The translations under genes and the position numbers were made by a program. The notes below the pieces were generated by a model. The model worked only from the letters and a program-made list of their open reading frames with translations. It did no database searches and was not told the origin of the DNA. From positions 20,015 to 84,014 of the forward strand of contig CAVXDM010000040.1 of the NCBI GenBank assembly GCA_963760455.1: a DNA stretch of 64,000 nt, in the 5' to 3' direction. Positions 20,127-31,078 of the stretch are shown here, piece after piece (position 1 is the first letter of the stretch; every line of letters begins with the position of its first letter). This DNA is from an uncultured Alphaproteobacteria bacterium. Lineage in GTDB: Bacteria; Pseudomonadota; Alphaproteobacteria; Rhizobiales; Rhodomicrobiaceae.

Positions 20127-22388
20127 ATGACAAGCGAACAAGCCGACGCTTTCGCGCCGCATAGCGGCGAAACGATTCCGCAATTCTCGCCGAACTTCAC
20201 GGTTTTCCAGCTATCGCCCGATACCCTGTGCCTCTACTCGGAGGACCGGAAATTCCTTCTTCATGGGCAAGTGTTTTGCGCGCTTGCCGCCTTGATCGCC
20301 GAGGGCGGGCAGAGCTTCGAGCAGCTCGTGGGTGCGCTGGAGCGGCAATTCCCGCGGGACCACATACAAGAAGCCCTGCAGAGGCTGATCGTCCGCCGCT
20401 ACATCGTGGCGAAACCCCAGTCTCTTACCGGCTTGGCCGCTGCCTATTGGGCGAGCCTTGGTCTGGCGCCGGATGCCGCGGAGAAAAATCTGCAAGACTG
20501 CCGCGTCCGGATTCAGGCATTCGACGTTCAAGGCGAGCAGGAGCTTGCCGGTGCGCTGGGCGAGCTGGGCGTCCGCGTGGTCAAGCGCTCCCAGGATATG
20601 AGTGTCACGCTGGTGGGCGATTATCTGGAAGAGCAGCTTTCGGATGTGAATAAGCGGCATTTGTCATCGGGCGCTCCGTGGGTGCTCGCGCAGCCGACCG
20701 GCATTTTCCCGCTCGTTGGGCCGGTGTTCCGGCCTGGCCAGGGGCCTTGCTGGATGTGCCTTGCGGACCGCATGGTGCGCAATAGAGAAGTGAGGGCGCT
20801 GCTCGACAGCAGCGAGGCCCGCTGCCTGAGCGTGTCGCCATTGGTGCGGCATACGATGGGGCAAAGCGGCATCCAGCTTGCGGCGAACGAGATCGCGAAA
20901 GCTATCGCCACCGGTTTCCGTACCGATCTGAACCAGCATATCGTAAGCCTCGACCTTTTGGGCTCAGCCGTCGCGAAGCACTATGTGGCGGCCCGTCCGC
21001 AATGCCCGGTTTGCGGCAAGGACGATCTGCACAATCCCGCCCGCGCCGCCGTTCCGCTGGAATTGCAGGGTGGCGGCAAGCCGGTCATGACCAGCGGCGG
21101 CTACCGCACGGTCACGTCGCGGGCCACGGTTGCGCGTCACCGCAAGCATGTGAGCCCGCTCACCGGCGTGGTGTCCAAGCTGGAGCGCGCGGAGGTGGAC
21201 CTGCCGCTGAACGCCACCTACATCGCGGCGCACAGCTTCTCGGCGCCATCGAAAACCGTCAACGAACTCCGGGGCAGCCTCAACAGCTACAGCTTCGGCA
21301 AGGGAAGCACGGCGGAGCAGGGTGAAGCGAGCGCCCTTATGGAGGCGATCGAGCGCTACTCCGGCGTTTACATGGGCGACGAAATCCGGGCGCCCGGGCG
21401 GTTCGTGGACTTCGCGCCTGGCGACGCCATTCCGCCGAACGACGTCCTGCTCTTCAGCGATGAGCAAGTCCGGCAAAGCATGGAGCCCGTGCCTGGCCCC
21501 GAGGACGAGCCGATGAGCCCGACGCTCTTCGACAAGGAGGCCGAGATCGATTGGTCGCCGGTCTGGTCGCTGCGGGACAACCGCTTCAAACATCTGCCTA
21601 CGAGCCTTCTCTATTTCGCCTATCGCGGCTCCGCGGGCTTCCAGGCCGATTCGAACGGCTGCGCGGCCGGCAACACGGTCGAGGAAGCGATTGTGCAAGG
21701 CTTCCTGGAGCTGGTCGAACGGGATGCCTATGCGCTGTGGTGGTATAACCGGGTGCCGCGTCCCGAGGTGGACCTCGCCAAGTTCGACGATTCCTACGTG
21801 CACGACCTTCGCAATCAGTTGAGCGAAACCGGCCGGCGCCTCTGGGTGCTTGACATCACGACCGATTTGGGGATTCCGAGCTACGTCGCGATCGCGCACT
21901 GGATCAAGGACGGGGCCGAATACATCGATTTCGGCTCGGGCTCGCACTTCGACGCGCGCATCGCCATGCTGCGGGCGCTGACGGAGCTGAACCAGTTCAT
22001 GTCGCTCGGGCTGTTGAGCGCGGACGCGAGGATGCAGGCGAGCCTCGACGGAGATCTGCCGCTGCGGCTTCAAGATTTTCCGTATCTCTTGCCGGGCAAG
22101 GGGCCGGCGGTGGAATCGGCCTTCGACCCCGATTTCGGCCATCTTGAGCCGCGCGATCAGGTGAAGGCCTGCGTGCGCACCGTCGAAAAGGCCGGCCTCG
22201 ATTTTCTCGTGCTCAATCAGACGCGGCCGGACATCGAGGTCCCGGTGGTCAGGGTGATCGTCCCCGGAATCCGGCATTTCTACCGCCGTTTCGCGCCCGG
22301 CCGGCTTTACGATGTGCCGGTGCAACTCGGGTGGCTCAAAAAGCCGGTCAGGGAAGACCAGCTCAATCCGATATTCCCTCATACTTGA
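20127..22388 (+). CDS. Fused E1-like (ThiF/ocin_ThiF_like docking) plus YcaO cyclodehydratase, i.e. a TOMM C-D fusion (azoline-forming heterocyclase).
   Basis: Intact ORF with RBS GGAAGGAG before ATG 20127. The N-terminal half has paired CxxC (CWMCLADR, CPVCGKDD). The C-terminal half has the YcaO ATP-binding motif EASALMEAIERYSGVY and a proline-containing C-terminus. Confidence 0.85.
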   Translation: MTSEQADAFAPHSGETIPQFSPNFTVFQLSPDTLCLYSEDRKFLLHGQVFCALAALIAEGGQSFEQLVGALERQFPRDHIQEALQRLIVRRYIVAKPQSLTGLAAAYWASLGLAPDAAEKNLQDCRVRIQAFDVQGEQELAGALGELGVRVVKRSQDMSVTLVGDYLEEQLSDVNKRHLSSGAPWVLAQPTGIFPLVGPVFRPGQGPCWMCLADRMVRNREVRALLDSSEARCLSVSPLVRHTMGQSGIQLAANEIAKAIATGFRTDLNQHIVSLDLLGSAVAKHYVAARPQCPVCGKDDLHNPARAAVPLELQGGGKPVMTSGGYRTVTSRATVARHRKHVSPLTGVVSKLERAEVDLPLNATYIAAHSFSAPSKTVNELRGSLNSYSFGKGSTAEQGEASALMEAIERYSGVYMGDEIRAPGRFVDFAPGDAIPPNDVLLFSDEQVRQSMEPVPGPEDEPMSPTLFDKEAEIDWSPVWSLRDNRFKHLPTSLLYFAYRGSAGFQADSNGCAAGNTVEEAIVQGFLELVERDAYALWWYNRVPRPEVDLAKFDDSYVHDLRNQLSETGRRLWVLDITTDLGIPSYVAIAHWIKDGAEYIDFGSGSHFDARIAMLRALTELNQFMSLGLLSADARMQASLDGDLPLRLQDFPYLLPGKGPAVESAFDPDFGHLEPRDQVKACVRTVEKAGLDFLVLNQTRPDIEVPVVRVIVPGIRHFYRRFAPGRLYDVPVQLGWLKKPVREDQLNPIFPHT

Positions 22389-22398
22389 GGAGCGAGCC

Positions 22399-23849
22399 GT
22401 GGCACCTGGATCGAAACCGCCGCGTCCGGGCCTGTCCGCCCGGCTCAACGGCAGGGGCAAGCTGGAGGCCCATTCGAACGGGGCCATCGTCGCCTGCCTG
22501 GAAGAATATACGGTCAATCTGGGGGCGTTCAGCGCGGCTGCGTGGGATGCCGCGCAAGAGCTTGCAACCGGACTGCCGCTCGGCTCGCTCGGCCCAGGAG
22601 GCGGGAGCACGGCCAAGGAACTGGACGTCCTCGTCCGGCGCCTGGCAGGCCACGGCCTGCTGGAATACCGCGCCGGGCATCCGCGCGGACGACGCTGGGG
22701 ATCTGCTCGTTATCGAGCCGCTGCTTTCCAGCTATTGGCCGCGGATACCGCAGCTTGACGATGCGGATACGCTGCTGCTTTCGCGGTTTGCGTTCATGCG
22801 ACGCCGCGACGATGGGATGGTGCTGGAATCGCCCCGCGCCAGTGCGCTGTTCCGGATCTGCGATCCGGAATTTGCGAGCCTCGTTGCCATGCTCGCTTCA
22901 CCCCAGCAAATCGGCAAGCTGCGCCGGCAGGAGGGTTTCCCCGGCGTGGAGTTCCTTGCCCTGCTGGTCGATAGCCAAATCGCCTTCAAGGCCGGAGAGG
23001 CTGCCGATAGCGGCTCGCGCTGGGCCGAGGGTGACAACAGTCTGGCGCTGTGGGACTTCCACGACCTTCTGTTCCACGCCCGCAGCACCGAGGGCCGGCA
23101 CGCCAACCCGATAGGCGCCGTCTCTCCGCATAGCGGCATCGCTGCCCAAGCTGCCGGCGGTCAGGCCTTCCTGGCCCGGCGAGAAAATCGATCTTTGCGC
23201 GCACCTGGAGCCCGGCCCGGAAGCCCAACCGCCGATTGTCGAGCTGCTGCGGGAGCGTCACTCGGTGCGCTGCTTCGACGACCGGAAGCCCATCACTCTT
23301 GCCGAGCTTTCGCAGTTTCTCGACGGCTCCGCGCGCGCGGTGATGCGGCAGCTCGGGGGCAGAGGCGGCAAGGACGGTACGGCCCGGCTGTTCCCGCCCT
23401 ATGCGTCCGGGGGCGCAAGCTACCCACTGGAGGTCTATCTGGCGGTCAACACCTGCGAAGGGCTGGCCCGCGGCTTCTATCATTACGATGCCCATGCCCA
23501 TGCGCTGACGGCCATCGAGGTACCTGCGAGCGAAATCAAGGGGCTGCTGGAGCGGGCGGCATCTGCGATGGGCGAGGAGGCGCCGCCGCAAGTCCTGATT
23601 ACAATCGCGGCACGCTTCGGCCGAACCTCCTGGAGATATAGCTCACTCGCCTATTCGCTTATCCTCAAGGATGTGGGGATCTTGACGCAAAACCTGTACC
23701 TCGTGGCCGCCGCGATGGGGCTCGGCGGATGCGCGATCGGGCTCGTCAATATCGGCCAGTTCGAAAAGATGACCGGGATCGGATTCCATGTTGAAGGCCC
23801 GGCCGGCCAGTTCGCGCTTGGCCGCTGCCTGCCGTCCGGCTCTGGCTGA
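22399..23849 (+). CDS. SagB/McbC-type FMN-dependent dehydrogenase (azoline to azole oxidase). Two frame breaks.
   Basis: GTG start with GAGGAG RBS, 8 nt after the YcaO stop. The C-terminal half has the nitroreductase fold: RRSVRCFDDRKPITLAELSQFL, ...PPYASGGASYPLEVYLAV, ...RTSWRYSSLAYSLILKDVG. Confidence 0.8.
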
Positions 23850-23894
23850 GCATCGGCGGCGCCCGGTCGAAGGCCCGGCCGGCAGTCTCCAGCC

Positions 23895-24729
23895 CTACTG
23901 GGGCGGCCCGCCATCCGGCAGGTCCGGAGAGCCGCTTGGCGAATAGCACCCGATGCTCATGCGGGCACGCCTGTCGACTAGCGCAAAGATGGCGCCTTGA
24001 GGATCCCTGCAATGGATGGCCTGAGCGCCGCCCTGCACAGTAAACGGGCCGTCGAGAATCTGGCCGCCGGCCGCCTCGACGCGCTTGGCCGCCGCCGCGA
24101 CGCCTGCGACGTTGAAGTAATAGAGCCACAGCGAAAACGGCCGATTGGCCGGGCCTCGCGAGCATGCCGCCGATGGTCTTTCCGCCGGCGGAGAATTCCT
24201 GGTACGTATCTTCTGGATCTGCCGGAGCCCCTGCTTTTTGCCAGCCAAGCAGCGGGCCGTAGAAGGCGAATGAGCGCTCAATGCTGGCCGTATGCAACTC
24301 GTGCCAGCCTACCGCGCCTGGTCCCCGTGGAGCCGGTTGCTGCTGGCTGTCTTCGCGGTCGTTGACCAAGGCGATCGTGCCCCTTTGCGGGTCCGCGACG
24401 ATCGAGAAACGGCTGACACCAAGGACATCCGCCGGCGGGATGTGCACCACGCCGCCGAGCTGTTCCACGCGATTCGCGGTATCGTCCACGCTGTCAACTG
24501 CGACATAGCCGATCCATTGCTGCTCCGCGCCGTTCTCCAGGGCATCCGGGGGTAGGCCGATCACGCCGGCGACAGGGGTGTCCTTGGCGATGAACAGGGT
24601 GTAGGGCGCGTCCGGCATCGAAACGTCCGCCGTGCGCCAGCCCAGGACGGCGGAATAGAATGCCTTCGCACCTTCCACGTCCGCCGCCGCCAGCTCGTAC
24701 CAGACGAAGCGGTTGCCTGAATTGTCCAT
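23895..24729 (-). CDS. Two-domain VOC-family (glyoxalase/bleomycin-resistance/dioxygenase fold) protein. One frame break.
   Basis: An N-terminal VOC domain (FVWYELAAADVEGAKAFYSAVLGW) and a second VOC domain (WHELHTASIERSFAFYGPLLGW ... PFSLWLYYFNVAGVAAAAKRVEAAGGQIL) are present. The gene is convergent with the TOMM operon. Confidence 0.65.
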
Positions 24730-24839
24730 GCCCGTCCCTTCGCCGAAGGCCGTGAAAAAACCGAAAGGCCGCGCGCCGGTGTTCCGCTGTGGGCCGCCTC
24801 TCCAATTTAAGTCATGTTAGCAGATGCGGCCTACGGAAG

Positions 24840-25850
<1,011 letters not shown>

Positions 25851-25969
25851 TGGAAGAATATCGCCTAGGTTTTGCCGCATTTCGAACAAAAGCGGCGGGC
25901 CATGAGCTAAGCCGCCGTCCCGCTTTTGGCGGCGGTGCGGCAGGGAAAGGAACATCGGTGATAAAGTAC

Positions 25970-26920
25970 ATGAGACCGGCCCAATGGCCGCTGCTTGTCT
26001 GCCTCGGCTGGGCGCTGATCTTTGGGGCCGCCGGAGGTGCGCGGGCCGAAGACGCGGAGGGGCCATCGTTTGCCCAAAAGGTGCAGCCGTATATCGCCTG
26101 CCTCAACCGCCTGGCCGGGCGCGCGATGCAGTCGCGCACGCGCTATCTAAGCTGGGCCGATAAATCCGGGCCTACGGGGCGCGAAAAGGTCGTCTACGGC
26201 GTTTACACACTTTACGATCCCGCCGATTGCGGCCGCGGCATCTCCGCCGCCAACGCGGTCGAGCCGCACGACGCGGCGCTTGAAGAAGCCGGCACCGCCT
26301 TCATGAACTCGCTCATGGTGCTCACGCCCCTCTTGAAGGAGGCGGACGATTATTACGCGCAGGGCGACTACAAGGACGACAAGATGGCCAAGGGCCAGCA
26401 ACTGCATCCGAAGCTGATGGCGGCGTGGGACGGCTTCATCGCGGCAAACGGCCGGCTGGACGATGCCGTCGAGCGCATTAACGAGCAGGTTCAGCTCGAA
26501 GAACTGGCCGCCATCGAGAAAGAGGAAGGGCGCAAGACCCGCTATTTCGCCCTGGCCCTGATGATGAAAGCCAAGGTACTGGTCCACGCCGAGGGCGATG
26601 GCGCCGCCGGGGTTTTCGATGCCGGCAAGGCGGCACAGGCCGTCGAAGGCTACGAGGCGGCGATCAAGGACATCGAGGCGCATGGCGCTAGCAATCCGGA
26701 GGAAAAGGCCGGCTCGATCTTTGTTGGGGCCGCCCGCTCGTTCCTCAAGACTGGCAAGGAGCTGATGCGGCGCGTGCGCGACAAGACGCCGTACAGCGCG
26801 GGCGAGAAGATGAACCTCGGCAATTCGCTGTCCGGTTGGATGGTGGAGGGCTCGCCGCCCGCGCTCATCCATAATTACAACGAGCTTGTCGAGCGTTTTA
26901 ACGTCGGCCCCGGCATCTGA
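25970..26920 (+). CDS. Exported hypothetical protein with signal peptide and coiled-coil (YiiG/DUF3829-like).
   Basis: MRPAQWPLLVCLGWALIFGAAGGARA is a signal peptide. The protein is acidic and coiled-coil rich, and is an intact ORF with normal codon bias. Confidence 0.6.
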   Translation: MRPAQWPLLVCLGWALIFGAAGGARAEDAEGPSFAQKVQPYIACLNRLAGRAMQSRTRYLSWADKSGPTGREKVVYGVYTLYDPADCGRGISAANAVEPHDAALEEAGTAFMNSLMVLTPLLKEADDYYAQGDYKDDKMAKGQQLHPKLMAAWDGFIAANGRLDDAVERINEQVQLEELAAIEKEEGRKTRYFALALMMKAKVLVHAEGDGAAGVFDAGKAAQAVEGYEAAIKDIEAHGASNPEEKAGSIFVGAARSFLKTGKELMRRVRDKTPYSAGEKMNLGNSLSGWMVEGSPPALIHNYNELVERFNVGPGI

Positions 26921-26950
26921 CGGTGGCGGTTGGCGCAATATTCGAGCGAA

Positions 26951-27050
26951 TCTCCCCTCACCCCAACCCTCTCCCCATGGGAGAGGGAGTCCGGGCGTGC
27001 CCGTTGAGAGGGCGTCCCTTCTCCATACGCATCCGCTTGCGGATGCGGAC
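26951..27050. repeat. Family-1 GC-rich palindromic repeat (partial arm) plus an adjacent catccgcttgcggatgcgg hairpin.
   Basis: ctcccctcaccccaaccctctccccatgggagagggag matches the family-1 arm. Confidence 0.7.
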
Positions 27051-27154
27051 ACTTCGAGCGGCAAGTTCGCCAAGGAGAGCTTGCTCGGAGGAGGACGGGA
27101 TGAGGGACGGGAGGCCCGGATAGGACGCGACCGGAGAGCCAGCTCGGTGTGCTC

Positions 27155-28489
27155 TCAAACAATAAGCACGATCTGTAGATCGCAGACGTTGGTCATGGTG
27201 GGGCCGGTCTTGAAGAGTTGCCCGATGGCGTCGAAGAAGCGGTAGGAATCGTTGTCCGCGAGGCTAGCGGCGATGGACAGGCCCGCCGCCTCCGCCATGG
27301 CTAGCACTGCGGCCGAGGCGAAGGCGCCGGCCGCGTCCGTTGGGCCGTCGGTGCCGTCGGTCGAGGCGGACAGGAGATGGATGCTTTGGCCCCGGCCTCC
27401 CTCGCGCGCCAACTCGCCGAGGAATGCGAGCGCCAGCTCCTGATTGCGCCCGCCCTTGCCCGCGCCCTTGATCGTTACCGTGGTTTCGCCCCCGGCCACG
27501 ATGCAGGCGGGCGGCCTCACGCCTGCTGCCGGGCCGGTGGCTAGCCCGTAAAGCATCGCGGCCGCCTCGCGGGCCTCTCCCGTCACCGGCGAGGGTAGCG
27601 CCACCGTGTTGTAGCCAAGCCCGCGCGCGTACTCGCAGGCAGCGGCGACGGCGGTCCCGTTCCCCGCGAGGATTATGTTCGTGCTGAGCGCGGCTGCGGG
27701 GTCTTGGGCCTTCAGCGTTTCCGGGAGGCGCCCGGCTGCCCCTTCCTCCAGGATTTTGAGCGCCGCCGCCGGCGCTTTGCCGCGCAAGCCGTACTTATCG
27801 ATGACGCCAAGGGCATCGGCGAAGGTGGTGCCGCCGGCGGCGGTCAGCCCCGAGGCGATGGTGTCGAGCCGGTCGCCCAGCACGTCGGAAAGAAAGAGAT
27901 TGAGGCTCTTGGCGGGGGCGAGCAGGTGCAGGAGCTGCCCGCCCTTGAGGCGCGAGAGGTGCTTGCGGACGCAGTTCATTTCCTGAATATCCGCGCCCGA
28001 GGCCAGGAGCAGGCCGGTCATCTCCTGCTTGCCGGCGAGCGTCAGGCCGTCCGCGGGCGCCGGCAGCAGCGCCGAGCCGCCGCCCGATATAAGGTTAAGC
28101 ACCAGCGTTCGCTCATCGGCGCTTTCAGCGAGCGCGGCGATGCGGCGCGCGGCCTCCTCTCCGTTGGCGTCGGGCACGGGATGGCCCGCTTCCACCACCT
28201 CGATGCGCTTCAGCGGCGCGCCATGGCCGTACTTGACCGAAACCAGGCCCCCGGAAATGCGCGCGCCGAGGATCGCCTCCAGCGCCAGCGCCATGCGGGC
28301 GGACGCCTTGCCTGCGCCCAGCACGAGGATGCGGTCGAAGCTAGCGAGGTCCACTTCGTGCCGCTCGCCCCCGGCCGTGACGATCAGGCGGCTTCCATCG
28401 AGACTGACATGGCGGATCATGAGCTGATAGGTGTCCACGGCGGCGAGGGCCGCCTGGAAGACCGACTTGAGGTGCGCGGTTTCGTTCAT
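27155..28489 (-). CDS. Glycerate 2-kinase (MOFRL family; serine-cycle / hydroxypyruvate-reductase-associated type).
   Basis: Intact 444-aa ORF with DUF4147 and MOFRL domains (VLVLGAGKAS, ...GGETTVTIKGAGKGGRNQELALA...STDGTDGPTD). Confidence 0.85.
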   Translation of the reverse strand: MNETAHLKSVFQAALAAVDTYQLMIRHVSLDGSRLIVTAGGERHEVDLASFDRILVLGAGKASARMALALEAILGARISGGLVSVKYGHGAPLKRIEVVEAGHPVPDANGEEAARRIAALAESADERTLVLNLISGGGSALLPAPADGLTLAGKQEMTGLLLASGADIQEMNCVRKHLSRLKGGQLLHLLAPAKSLNLFLSDVLGDRLDTIASGLTAAGGTTFADALGVIDKYGLRGKAPAAALKILEEGAAGRLPETLKAQDPAAALSTNIILAGNGTAVAAACEYARGLGYNTVALPSPVTGEAREAAAMLYGLATGPAAGVRPPACIVAGGETTVTIKGAGKGGRNQELALAFLGELAREGGRGQSIHLLSASTDGTDGPTDAAGAFASAAVLAMAEAAGLSIAASLADNDSYRFFDAIGQLFKTGPTMTNVCDLQIVLIV

Positions 28490-28741
28490 GTTGGCCTTTC
28501 AGCAGATCCGTTCTGCGATTTCATTATGGCCGCTGTTGCGAGGGAAGCGAAGCAATCCAGCGGCAAAGCCCATGAGCGCCGTTCAGGCTGCCCTGGATCG
28601 CCACTGCGCTAGAGCGCCTCGCGATGACGCCGCGGGACTATCCAACCGAACTTCCTATTACAGCGCTTTGAAAGTAACGGACGGAGTGCAAACGCTCGCG
28701 CGAAGCGCCATTCTCCGCTTTGAGAGCATGAGGAGCGCATC

Positions 28742-29833
28742 GTGACGGCAACACTAGAGAAACAAGCTGCCTTGGAGCTGGCCAGCGGCGCGGACGGGCC
28801 GGACCCGCGCTGGGAGGCTTTCGCGAGCCGCGACAAAGCGGCGGACGGGCGGTTCGTTGCCGGCGTGACCACCACGGGCATCTATTGCCGGCCGGGCTGC
28901 CCGGCGCGGCTGCCCCGGCGCGGAAACGTGCGCTTTTTCGCGAGCGCCAGCGAGGCGGAGCGTGCGGGCTTCCGCCCTTGCAAGCGCTGCCGGCCGGACG
29001 CCGCTTCAATCGAGGAGCGGCTTACGGCCGCGGTGCGCCAAGCCTGCGCGATGATCGAGGCGGCGGAGGGCGCGCCCGATTTCGAGGGCATCGCCGCGGC
29101 GGCGGGCTTGAGCCGTCCTCATCTGCACCGCGCTTTCAAGCGCATCGTGGGTGTTACGCCCGGCGCATACTACAGGGGCTTGCGCGAGGGCAGGGCGGCG
29201 GCCGGATTGAAGGCCGGGGCGAGCGTCACCGAGGCGATCTACGATGCGGGCTACGGCTCCGCGAGCCGCTTCTACGAGACGCTGGCGCCGAAGCTCGGGC
29301 TTAAGCCCAGCGCCTACGCGAGGGGAGGCGAGGGCGAGTTCATCCGCTTTGCAGTTGGCGAATGCTCGCTCGGCAGCATCCTCGTCGCCGCCACGGACAA
29401 AGGCATCTGCTGCATCGAGCTTGGCAGCGATCCGCAGGCCCTGGTGGAGGAACTGCGGCACCGGTTCCGGAAAGCGCGCCTCGTTGGCGGCGACGCGGGG
29501 TTCGAGGAGATCGTCGCGGCGGCCGTTGGCTTGGTCGAGGACCCATCGCGCGGGCTCGGCCTGCCGCTGCATGTGCGCGGGACTGCATTCCAGCTCAAGG
29601 TCTGGGAGGCGCTGCGCGGCATCGGGGCGGGGCAGACGGCGACGTATAAGGACGTGGCGGCGAAGGCGGGAGTGCCGGGCGCGGTCCGGGCGGTTGGGCG
29701 CGCGATTGGCAGCAACAAGATCGCCGTGGCGATCCCCTGCCACCGCGTGATCCGCACCGGCGGTGCGCTGTCGGGCTACCGCTGGGGCGTGGAGCGCAAG
29801 GCGGCGCTACTCGCGCGCGAACGCAAAGGTTGA
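28742..29833 (+). CDS. ada: Bifunctional Ada: methylphosphotriester-DNA methyltransferase/AraC-type regulator fused to O6-methylguanine-DNA methyltransferase.
   Basis: The N-terminal Zn site is CRPGCPARLPRRGNVRFF...CKRCRP. An AraC HTH follows. The C-terminal Ogt active site is IPCHRV. Confidence 0.9.
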   Translation: MTATLEKQAALELASGADGPDPRWEAFASRDKAADGRFVAGVTTTGIYCRPGCPARLPRRGNVRFFASASEAERAGFRPCKRCRPDAASIEERLTAAVRQACAMIEAAEGAPDFEGIAAAAGLSRPHLHRAFKRIVGVTPGAYYRGLREGRAAAGLKAGASVTEAIYDAGYGSASRFYETLAPKLGLKPSAYARGGEGEFIRFAVGECSLGSILVAATDKGICCIELGSDPQALVEELRHRFRKARLVGGDAGFEEIVAAAVGLVEDPSRGLGLPLHVRGTAFQLKVWEALRGIGAGQTATYKDVAAKAGVPGAVRAVGRAIGSNKIAVAIPCHRVIRTGGALSGYRWGVERKAALLARERKG

Positions 29834-29882
29834 GGCAGGGTGCCAAGTGCTGGGCGAGCGCCCGGGTTCAAAGCCGTGTTCT

Positions 29883-30299
29883 ATGCGCTTTTGCGGTTAT
29901 GCTGACACTTGGTACGTGCCATTCAGGTGGGCCGCATATAGGCCGTTTGCGGACTTACGCGGTGCTGGCGATACCTTCTCTTACCGGGAGCTGGCCGGCT
30001 ATCCGCAAGAGATAGGTTTGCTATCTTCAACGCCAGTATCGTTCATTCCTCTCACGGCACTTAATCCACCTGGCAAGCTCGATGGAGCGACCTATCTTAC
30101 TCTCGCCAATACAGCTACTATTTCAAAGAACTTCGCGAGCACCCCGGCTTTATACTTTGCAAGTCAGGAGTGTTTTGCGAATGGCCACAGGATGGCGCCA
30201 ATTTATCCTGGATGCAACCTGAACGCGAAAGTTTTCCACAACCGTACCGGATATGTTGATATTCATGCGCGGAAGAATAGCAAGGAAGCGGTACGGTAA
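29883..30299 (+). CDS. Hypothetical protein in a low-GC islet.
   Basis: 138-aa ORF (MRFCGYADTWYVPFRW...) whose codon usage is noticeably AT-richer than the surrounding genome. There is no recognisable domain and no clear RBS. Confidence 0.3.
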   Translation: MRFCGYADTWYVPFRWAAYRPFADLRGAGDTFSYRELAGYPQEIGLLSSTPVSFIPLTALNPPGKLDGATYLTLANTATISKNFASTPALYFASQECFANGHRMAPIYPGCNLNAKVFHNRTGYVDIHARKNSKEAVR

Positions 30300-30614
30300 G
30301 GTCCGCACAAGTTTCCTACGGTCAATGCAAGAACACAGATGGGGCTCCCTGGGTAATGCGGCGCCCGGTTTTGCGAATGCGGATGCGGAATAGTAGAGTT
30401 TATGAAATGAGGTTCAGCTATGGCGTACAGTTCTCGATAAGCCGCGCAGGGAAGCGCCAGCGCGGGCTCGCCACTCCCGCTCGTTGGGGGGGCTTCAGAA
30501 CCTGGTTCGAATATCTCGAACGGCGGGTTTCGACACAAATGTACCTTTTGGGGAAGGATACAGGATTAGTGCAGCAGCGGCGCCCGCCAGGTTACCAAAA
30601 CGTTCATTTGGCGT

Positions 30615-30885
30615 AAGCCCCTATCGTAGTTAATTCAGTTACGGTAAACGCGCGGGGCACGTCTGCAATTCACGCGCATTTCAGCGATTTTTTGCTAGTT
30701 TTCGCACGATTTATACAGTTGAAAAACCCCGTTAAATATAGGCCGAAATTTGCAATTAACCACTCTATACCTGGCCGGCCGCCGCCCGCATGCCGACGTT
30801 TCGATAAAACACCCTGCACATCAATGCGTTACATCTTAACGCTTTCTCAAGGCGCATCTGCTATATTACTTCAAAATCGAAACGC
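30615..30885 (+). repeat. AT-rich element of about 270 bp, copy A of a 3-copy family.
   Basis: It shares ordered blocks with copies at 49290 and 61170: ggtaaacgc ... ttttttgc ... aaaaaccccgttaaatata ... gctatattacttcaaaatcg. Confidence 0.6.
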
Positions 30886-31078
30886 CACCTCCGCCCCTCG
30901 AAAGGGCACCGGAAAGGCAGCCCAAAATGTTAAATTTGGCATCGCCTCAGCCCCCAAGGCCCCGGCCAACCCGGCTTCGTGCGGTCCGAGGGCCGTAAAG
31001 CCGGCGCCTACCCCCGGTCCATTTTGGGGGCGCGGCAGCGGAAGCCCTTGCTGTCCGCTGCCTTTCATTCCCACGGCA

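Noticed and set aside
29763-30299. The longer 178-aa version of the islet ORF, starting at 29763.
   Set aside because: The upstream 40 residues overlap the ada 3' end in a GC-rich shadow frame. Only the AT-richer portion from 29883 has coding-like composition, and even that is weak.
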